Positions 18,426-24,000 of a stretch of 24,000 bases of DNA are shown in pieces. Under the pieces are notes generated by a model. The model was not told the origin of the DNA. It saw nothing but the letters and a program-made list of their open reading frames with translations, and made no database searches. This DNA is from Ardenticatenaceae bacterium (GTDB taxonomy: Bacteria; Chloroflexota; Anaerolineae; Promineifilales; Promineifilaceae), in the NCBI GenBank assembly GCA_011525915.1, contig WYBM01000086.1, positions 35,711-59,710 of the forward strand, written 5' to 3'. Made by a program: the position numbers and the translations under genes. Every line of letters begins with the position of its first letter. Position 1 is the first letter of the stretch.

Positions 18426-19926
18426 GCAGCGGCCGTACGCTGCCCAATTCTCTTTGCTGAGCCAGGCTGTTGAGGTCTAGATCAGCAATCACTACCGTTT
18501 CCACATTGGGATCAGCCAAGGCGGCCGTGGCTTCCAACGGAAAAGCAAAATCACTGGGTGTAAGAATGGCTGACTGGCTGTAATTAAGCAGATAAGAAGG
18601 TGTTGTCGGCAGGTTGCCGGCGTTGCCAGACAATACCAGATAGATGTAATTCTCCACAGCACGCGCATGAGCGGCATAACGCACCCGGTAATAGGCTTTC
18701 TTTTCATCGGTGCTAAAGGGGACAAAGATCGTCTCTACACCGGCCATTGCCAGCAGGCGCGCCGTCTCTGGGAACTCAATGTCATAACAAATCTGAAGGG
18801 CGATACGGGCCAAGGGTGTCTCAAAAATACGGATACCTTCCCCGGGCTGCACGCCCCATCGCTCTCGTTCAAAAGGGGTAACGTGCAGCTTATCTTGGGT
18901 ATGCACCTGGCCAGACGGTGTAAACAGGTAGGCAACATTGTACAACTGGCCCTCACGCGCAGTGGGGTGAGAGCCAGCGATAATATACAGGCGGTATTTT
19001 TGGGCTAGACGGGTAAACAGCTCCTGATATTGCGCCGTAAAATCCGCCAACTGCCAGGCAGCCTTTTTGGGATCCATATCTGGCGACAGCAGGCTCATCA
19101 ACTGCACGGTGAACAACTCTGGCAGCAGCAAAAAGTGGCAGTGATAGGTATCAGCGGACAGGACAAAAAAGGTAACGATGCGTTCAAAATCATCCCAACT
19201 ATCAATAGGGCGCATCAGCCATTGGGCAGCGCAGACGCGGATGGTGCGGACGGGCCGTTTGAGGGGGGCGGCGGCAATTTTGCGCCGCTTTGGTTTATAC
19301 TCAGGGTTAGGCATTTCCAGCCAGGTGGCATAGTTAAGGCTCTCTTGATCCTCCATGTAATCTAGCAGCAGCCGCTTGACATGGTAACCGGCCGACAGGT
19401 GGGCGTTTAACGCTTTGTCATGTAATTCGCCGGCTTCAACCCGGCGCACATACTCTTCGGCCGTCATTTTGCCGCTGACCAGATAGTAATCAGGGATACG
19501 GCCGTAAGCCACCATGCGCCGCAAATTATACTTTCGCATCAACCCACGCCGTTTCTGGTACAGGCGTTTGGAAATGCCGCGCTGCCGGTAATCAGGATGC
19601 ACGGCAATGTCAGCGCCGTAAAGTGTATCACCGCTGTGGGTATGGTTGCTGAATGTGCCTGCGCCCGTAATTTCGCGGTAAGTATACCAATGATCATCAT
19701 CATCCAACTGCACGATCACCGCGGTAGCATAGCCGACTACCTGCCCGTCTAGTTCGGCCAGGAACTGACCTTGGGGGAAAGCGTTAAATTGATGTTCGTA
19801 TTTACGACGACCGTACATCTCATGGGCTTCGTACAACTGCCCATACACCGCCTGCTGACAAGCTACAATGCCGGGAATGTCTTCTGCCGTCCACAACCTG
19901 ATTTTAAATCTCCCTGTTTTCTTCAT
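18358..19926 (-). CDS. Bifunctional GNAT-family N-acetyltransferase / carbon-nitrogen hydrolase (nitrilase superfamily) fusion protein
   Basis: The N-terminal ~200 aa has a GNAT signature (HPDYRQRGISKRLY). The C-terminal ~280 aa has nitrilase-superfamily landmarks (LLLPELF, IALQICYDIEFPE with the catalytic Cys). Confidence 0.75.
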   Translation of the reverse strand: MKKTGRFKIRLWTAEDIPGIVACQQAVYGQLYEAHEMYGRRKYEHQFNAFPQGQFLAELDGQVVGYATAVIVQLDDDDHWYTYREITGAGTFSNHTHSGDTLYGADIAVHPDYRQRGISKRLYQKRRGLMRKYNLRRMVAYGRIPDYYLVSGKMTAEEYVRRVEAGELHDKALNAHLSAGYHVKRLLLDYMEDQESLNYATWLEMPNPEYKPKRRKIAAAPLKRPVRTIRVCAAQWLMRPIDSWDDFERIVTFFVLSADTYHCHFLLLPELFTVQLMSLLSPDMDPKKAAWQLADFTAQYQELFTRLAQKYRLYIIAGSHPTAREGQLYNVAYLFTPSGQVHTQDKLHVTPFERERWGVQPGEGIRIFETPLARIALQICYDIEFPETARLLAMAGVETIFVPFSTDEKKAYYRVRYAAHARAVENYIYLVLSGNAGNLPTTPSYLLNYSQSAILTPSDFAFPLEATAALADPNVETVVIADLDLNSLAQQRELGSVRPLHDRRPDLYELHAKQPIKTIRVE

Positions 19927-19972
19927 CTCTTTCTTTACAGGTTATCCGGCTAATGATGGGTATCTGCGCTAT

Positions 19973-20356
19973 TTACCACAATGTGGCTACAGTATACGCC
20001 TGAATATGAGCATCAGCCGTAAGTAAAGTCATATTTTCACAGAGGGCCTGGGCGATCAATAAACGATCAAATGGATCTTGGTGTATGGCCGGTAACTCCC
20101 CAATTTTACGGCAGTGATTTTTTTCGACAGGCAGCCATTGAATGCCGTTTGCCGCTATTTCGGCATCAAACACTTCCGGCCAATTGACTGCTAACACTAA
20201 CTTGCCAATGCTGATTTTAATGCAGACTTCCCAATAACTGACGGCGCTCAAGTAGAGGGTGTTTTCCGTGTCTAAAAAGGCGTGGCGAGCAGGCTCACTC
20301 AAACCCGTGCCCGTCAGACTCCATAAAAAAGCATGGGTATCCAACAAAAACTTCAA
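19973..20356 (-). CDS. vapC: Type II toxin, PIN-domain VapC family
   Basis: 127 aa. MKFLLDTHAFLW...DPFDRLLIAQA...LLTADAHI carries the PIN acidic residues. There is a 4-nt ATGA overlap with the upstream antitoxin. Confidence 0.85.
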   Translation of the reverse strand: MKFLLDTHAFLWSLTGTGLSEPARHAFLDTENTLYLSAVSYWEVCIKISIGKLVLAVNWPEVFDAEIAANGIQWLPVEKNHCRKIGELPAIHQDPFDRLLIAQALCENMTLLTADAHIQAYTVATLW

Positions 20357-20583
20357 CCCATATACTCCTTAAATTCATCCAATGGGGCATCAAAGTCATC
20401 GGCCATATGCAAAACAACCTCTTTGGCATGGCCGATCCGTCGCTGCGGGCGTGCTTCCGGAAGGACTACCAATTTGACCAACGGCCGTTTCCCCTTGGCA
20501 ATGATAATCTCTTCACCGTCCAGAGCTTGTTGAATGAGCCGGGACAAATGGGTTTTTGCTTCATGAATGGTTACTTGTGTCAT
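20353..20583 (-). CDS. Type II antitoxin, Phd/YefM family (VapB-equivalent partner of the PIN toxin)
   Basis: 76 aa. MTQVTIHEAKTHLSRLIQQALDGEEIIIAKGKRPLVKLV is the Phd/YefM N-terminal fold signature. Confidence 0.8.
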   Translation of the reverse strand: MTQVTIHEAKTHLSRLIQQALDGEEIIIAKGKRPLVKLVVLPEARPQRRIGHAKEVVLHMADDFDAPLDEFKEYMG

Positions 20584-20589
20584 GCCGAA

Positions 20590-20618
20590 ATCTTAGCCAA
20601 CTTTGTGAACTAAGTCAA
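20590..20618 (-). promoter_or_regulatory. Putative vapB-vapC promoter TTGACT-N17-TAAGAT overlapping the valS stop
   Basis: The minus strand reads ctggatacTTGACTtagttcacaaagttggcTAAGATttcggcATG. The -35 is formed by the last two valS codons (Leu-Thr). The -10 ends 6 nt before the antitoxin ATG, and there is no SD. A CTTAG/CTAAG inverted repeat (20592-20596 / 20610-20614) lies within the -10/spacer region. Confidence 0.4.
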
Positions 20619-23294
20619 AGTATCCAGCCGTTCGCTCAGTTCGGTATGGCTGCCTTGCAGCTGGGTCAGTTTATCGCGTTCCTTTTGCACCACGGCCGTT
20701 GGCGCTTTTTGGGCAAAAGGGCTGTTAAGCAGGCCGCTGACCCGCTGAATTTGCGCATCAAGGTCGGCCAACTCCTTTTGCAAGCGCTCCCGCTCTTTAT
20801 CCAGGTCTACCAGTCCGGCTAACGGCAGGTAGGCGGTGATATCCCCCTGGGCGATGGTAATAGCCTGGTCAGGAGCAGCCGCGCTTTCGGCAATCACCAG
20901 CGTTGTTTCATCCAGGCGGGCCAGAAAACAAAGGACAGCCTGTTGATCACGCAGGAAAGAGGTTTGAGAACCTGCAGAAATAACGGCCGTAACCCACTTC
21001 CCCGGCTCTACCTCATTATCAGCACGGGCGGCGCGGATGCCACGCACCAGGGTGCGCAGCTGTTCAAAGCTGGCCGCCGCCTGAGGGTAGGTGTCACCTG
21101 CTGCTGGCCAATCAGCAATGATGAGCGCCGCACTCCAGCCACCGGCTGGTTCAATGGCCAGATCGGCAGCCACAAAGGCATTTTTTAACTGCTGCCATGT
21201 CTCTTCGGTAACGTAAGGAATATACGGGTGCAGCAGGCGCAGGCAATCATCCAACACCGTGCGGGCCACGGCCAGGGTTGTCCAGGCGCGTTGGCCACCT
21301 ACCCGCAGCTGCACTTTTGCCAATTCTACATACCAATCAGCAAAGTCACCCCAGAGAAAGTCATACACCTGGCGGCCGGCCTCGCCATAGAGGTAATTGT
21401 CCATCAGGCGGTTGGCGTCAGCGGTCACTTCACTGAGGCGGGTCAAAATCCAGTGGTCGGCAGCGGTATAATTGGGCGTGGATGTGGCATCAGCTTTGCG
21501 GGCTTTGTCCAGATTGGCCGTGATAAAGCGGGCCGTGTTCCAGATTTTGTTGGCGAAGTTGCGGTTGGAGGCTACCCGGTCCAGCGACAGATTTAAATCA
21601 TTGCCAGGGGAGCCGCTGGTGAGCAGGGTAAAGCGCAAGGCATCGGTACCGTATTCGCCCATCACATCTAGGGGATCGGTAACGTTGTTGAGGGTTTTTG
21701 ACATTTTACGGCCGTGTTCGTCCCGCACCAGCCCGTGTAAATACACGGTATGGAAGGGAATGTCATTGGTGAACAACAGGCCCTGCATGACCATGCGCGC
21801 CACCCAGAAGAAAAGGATATCGTACCCCGTCTCCATCACATCGGTAGGGTAAAAACGCTGCAGATCGGGCGTGTTTTCCGGCCAGCCCAACGTAGAAAAG
21901 GGCCACAAGCCAGAGCTAAACCAGGTATCCAATACATCTGGGTCTTGTTCCAGGGTCACATCATGGCCGTAACGGGCGTGAGCTTCAGCGGCGGCCGCCG
22001 CTGCGTCGTGAGCCACAATCACCTTTTCCGGGTCACCATTCACATACCAGGCCGGGATGCGGTGACCCCACCACAATTGGCGGCTGATGCACCAGGGCTT
22101 GATATTTTCCAACCAGTTGTCCCACACTTTGACAAAACGTTCGGGCACAATGCGAATCCGGCCGCGGTGCACGGCATCCAGCCCCATATGGGCCATGGGT
22201 GCGACGTTGGCAAACCACTGCCAGCTTACCAGCGGCTCGATGATTTCGCCGCCGCGCTGGCTGCGGGGCACGTTCAGAGTGTACGGCTGCGTCATGATGG
22301 TCAGGTCGGCGGCTTCCATGTCCGCCCACAGTTTCTGGCGGCATTCAAAACGATCCAGCCCGGCGTACGGGCCAGCGTGGACGTTCATGGTGGCGTCTTT
22401 GTGCATCACGTTGAGGACGGCCAGGCCATGCCGCTGGCCAATTTCAAAGTCGTTGGGGTCATGGCCGGGTGTGATTTTAAGGGCACCAGTGCCAAAGTTT
22501 CGGTCTACATAGTCATCGGCGAGGATGGGGATTTCGCGGTTGAGGATGGGTACCAGGCAAACCTGGCCAATAAAGGGCTGGTAGCGTTCGTCGTCGGGAT
22601 GAACGGCCACGGCCGTATCGCCCAAAATCGTCTCTGGCCGTGTGGTAGCCACGGGAATGTGCCCACCGCCCTTCACCGGGTACTTAAAATGATAGAGAAA
22701 GCCCTGTTCTTCACTATATTCCACTTCCAGGTCAGACACGGCCGTTTGCAGCCCTGGCGACCAGTTCACCAGATATTCGGCGCGGTAGATGAGGCCCATA
22801 CGGTAAAGGCGGATGAATGCTTCTTTGACAGCTTCGCTCAGCCCCTCGTCCAAGGTAAACCGCTCCCGCTCCCAGTCACATGAAGCCCCTAAACGACGCA
22901 GTTGTTTGACAATGTGGCCACCATACTTTGCCTTCCACTCCCAGGTACGGCGCAGGAACGCTTCACGACCTATGGCTTCACGGGAAGTACCTTCCTGGCG
23001 CAGCATTTTTTCCACCTGCAGCTGCGTGGCAATACCGGCATGGTCGGTACCGGGAACCCAGAGTGCGGCCCGGCCTTGCATGCGGGCGCGGCGAATCATC
23101 AGGTCTTCCAGGGCCACAAACATGGCATGCCCCATGTGCAGTTCGCCGGTGACATTGGGGGGAGGTATGGAAATGGTGAACGGCCTGGCATCAGCAGGGC
23201 GACACTCAGGTTTAAACCAGCCATTGGCCTCCCACCACTGGTAGAGCCGTTCTTCAGTATCATGAAAGTCATAGGCTTTGGGCATTTGGGTCAT
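20610..23294 (-). CDS. valS: Valine--tRNA ligase
   Basis: Class I HIGH (PPPNVTGELHMGHA) and KMSKS (GRKMSKT) motifs plus a C-terminal coiled coil. MTQMPKAYDFHDTEERLYQWWE is a typical ValRS N-terminus. The ORF-track start at 23483 adds 63 non-homologous residues. Confidence 0.93.
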   Translation of the reverse strand: MTQMPKAYDFHDTEERLYQWWEANGWFKPECRPADARPFTISIPPPNVTGELHMGHAMFVALEDLMIRRARMQGRAALWVPGTDHAGIATQLQVEKMLRQEGTSREAIGREAFLRRTWEWKAKYGGHIVKQLRRLGASCDWERERFTLDEGLSEAVKEAFIRLYRMGLIYRAEYLVNWSPGLQTAVSDLEVEYSEEQGFLYHFKYPVKGGGHIPVATTRPETILGDTAVAVHPDDERYQPFIGQVCLVPILNREIPILADDYVDRNFGTGALKITPGHDPNDFEIGQRHGLAVLNVMHKDATMNVHAGPYAGLDRFECRQKLWADMEAADLTIMTQPYTLNVPRSQRGGEIIEPLVSWQWFANVAPMAHMGLDAVHRGRIRIVPERFVKVWDNWLENIKPWCISRQLWWGHRIPAWYVNGDPEKVIVAHDAAAAAAEAHARYGHDVTLEQDPDVLDTWFSSGLWPFSTLGWPENTPDLQRFYPTDVMETGYDILFFWVARMVMQGLLFTNDIPFHTVYLHGLVRDEHGRKMSKTLNNVTDPLDVMGEYGTDALRFTLLTSGSPGNDLNLSLDRVASNRNFANKIWNTARFITANLDKARKADATSTPNYTAADHWILTRLSEVTADANRLMDNYLYGEAGRQVYDFLWGDFADWYVELAKVQLRVGGQRAWTTLAVARTVLDDCLRLLHPYIPYVTEETWQQLKNAFVAADLAIEPAGGWSAALIIADWPAAGDTYPQAAASFEQLRTLVRGIRAARADNEVEPGKWVTAVISAGSQTSFLRDQQAVLCFLARLDETTLVIAESAAAPDQAITIAQGDITAYLPLAGLVDLDKERERLQKELADLDAQIQRVSGLLNSPFAQKAPTAVVQKERDKLTQLQGSHTELSERLDTLT

Positions 23295-23322
23295 GTTTAC
23301 TTCCCTTGTCATTATTATCGGA

Positions 23323-23406
23323 AGAGATTGGAGATGAGAGCGTGGCGACAAACGGCCGTTACAATCTCTAAAATAAAAAGCCCTCATCCTGGCAAGAACG
23401 AGAGCT
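23323..23406 (-). promoter_or_regulatory. Structured valS 5' leader: terminator-like hairpin plus two crossing helices
   Basis: On the minus RNA, AGCUCUC (23400-23406) pairs with GAGGGCU (23379-23385), followed by UUUUUAUUUU. Alternative 9-bp (23380-23388 with 23333-23341) and 8-bp (23362-23369 with 23323-23330) helices cross each other. Confidence 0.25.
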
Positions 23407-23577
23407 ATCTCTATCTTTATTTGTTCAGTTGCGTTGGAAGTATAACAAGGGGGGGTACGGCCGTCAAAGTGACGGCCAGCCACAAAGAACCATATGCCAA
23501 AACAATGATACTGTTTGAAAAACGTTATACATTTTGGTTTAATACCGTAACTACAATTTTGGCGAGATCACCAGGGT

Positions 23578-24000
23578 ATGAAAGAGAAAAAACATAGTAA
23601 TCCAAAAGAGGCGGTTGGTAAATGGAATCCAAGAACAACTATCCTCATCGCTATCATTATTTTGACAGTAGTTATCAGATTCTTCAATCTATTTCACCAA
23701 GGATTTGTGGCTGATAGAGCCAACTTCAGCGATGACGCTTTGATAACTTTTCGTTACTCGCTAAATCTCTCCCAAGGAAAAGGATTTGTTTATAATCCTG
23801 GCGAACGCATAATAGGCACCACGACACCATTGTACACAACATTGATGGCTGTTCCAGCTTTATTAGGTGTTGATCTAATGTGGGCTTCCTTTGTCGTTAA
23901 TGCGATCGCTGATATTTTAGTGATCGTACTTATCTGGCGAATGGGGCAAGAGAATCTTTTCGTTCAACTCCTTAGTGTCATACTTTATTTATCACCTTAA
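23578..24000 (+). CDS. AT-rich ORF resembling the N-terminal part of a polytopic GT-C-type membrane glycosyltransferase; TAA at 23998-24000
   Basis: A TM helix is followed by DDALITFRYSLNLSQGKGFVYNPGERIIGTTTPLY, a motif I associate with GT-C/ArnT-like membrane glycosyltransferase N-termini. At 140 aa it is much shorter than such enzymes, so it may be a fragment or pseudogene. The window edge prevents a decision. Confidence 0.45.
   Translation: MKEKKHSNPKEAVGKWNPRTTILIAIIILTVVIRFFNLFHQGFVADRANFSDDALITFRYSLNLSQGKGFVYNPGERIIGTTTPLYTTLMAVPALLGVDLMWASFVVNAIADILVIVLIWRMGQENLFVQLLSVILYLSP

Larger units (their letters stand above)
440..23464. repeat. Dispersed highly iterated palindromic octamer ACGGCCGT (45 exact copies)
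   Basis: Copy starts: 440, 1097, 1484, 1798, 2256, 2459, 2792, 3305, 3879, 4775, 4849, 5138, 6244, 6828, 8360, 9350, 9943, 10624, 11432, 12146, 12332, 12836, 13069, 13425, 13790, 13845, 14402, 14777, 15089, 16411, 16435, 16669, 17623, 17715, 17791, 18250, 19498, 20481, 20692, 20983, 21708, 22609, 22738, 23352, 23457. Flanking bases vary. Confidence 0.85.

Noticed and set aside
21750-22883. A 377-aa ORF on the plus strand, plus other long antisense ORFs (2347-3093, 12408-12872, 13065-13583, 15794-16402, 22902-23597 and others)
   Set aside because: All lie antisense to strongly recognisable conserved genes (valS, the homoisocitrate dehydrogenase gene, proA, the aldolase gene). Their translations are low-complexity, rich in Arg/Gly/Pro/His/Ala, and show no recognisable motifs. 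These are typical shadow ORFs of GC-rich coding DNA.
23295-23483. A 63-codon N-terminal extension of valS in the ORF track (start at 23483)
   Set aside because: The extension (MAGRHFDGRTPPCYTSNATEQ...) has no ValRS similarity and spans the AT-rich structured leader. MTQMPKAYDF at 23294 matches ValRS N-termini and has an AGGGAAG purine tract upstream.
23295-23577. A T-box riboswitch upstream of valS
   Set aside because: I could not find the conserved T-box sequence (GGUGGNACCGCG), an AGAGA/GA-motif Stem I or a clear specifier loop by eye. It is reported only as an unclassified structured leader. A covariance-model scan is needed for a definitive answer.
1-24000. CRISPR arrays, IS elements/transposases, integrases, tRNA/rRNA genes and a defence island around vapBC
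   Set aside because: There are no direct-repeat/spacer periodicity, no DDE/tyrosine-recombinase-like ORFs, no cloverleaf-like segments in the spacers and no terminal inverted repeats. vapBC is a lone 2-gene module flanked by housekeeping and metabolic genes, and it shows host-like octamer content.

Overview
This window reads as a core-chromosome segment of a moderately GC-rich bacterium (mid/high-50s % GC by eye). The protein sequences look Chloroflexota- or Deinococcus-Thermus-like, but that is inference only. I support 17 CDS.

Plus strand: the first half of the alpha-aminoadipate (AAA) lysine pathway (homocitrate synthase 3' part, homoaconitase large and small subunits, homoisocitrate dehydrogenase); a stand-alone PPDK_N/ATP-grasp protein; two tandem class II aldolase paralogs; and an AT-rich GT-C-like membrane ORF at the right edge.

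Minus strand: D-aminoacylase; a secreted SdrD-B-like repeat protein; proB-proA-gnd-zwf; and valS, vapB/vapC, a GNAT/carbon-nitrogen-hydrolase fusion and a TauE/SafE permease.

I found no rRNA, tRNA, CRISPR array, transposase or integrase. I do not see a convincing novel multi-gene (for example defence) system.

The signal the gene map does not explain is the palindromic octamer ACGGCCGT. I counted 45 exact copies against about 0.5 expected. It occurs in genes on both strands, in all three codon phases, and in terminator stems. That pattern is analogous to cyanobacterial HIP1 (highly iterated palindrome 1).

Secondary leads:
- an orphan near-consensus promoter, a structured ~180-nt region and a strong intrinsic terminator between convergent genes (candidate sRNA);
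- a vapBC promoter embedded in the last codons of valS, implying a leaderless antitoxin mRNA;
- a compositional break at the right edge.

All coordinates and counts were made by eye and should be recomputed.
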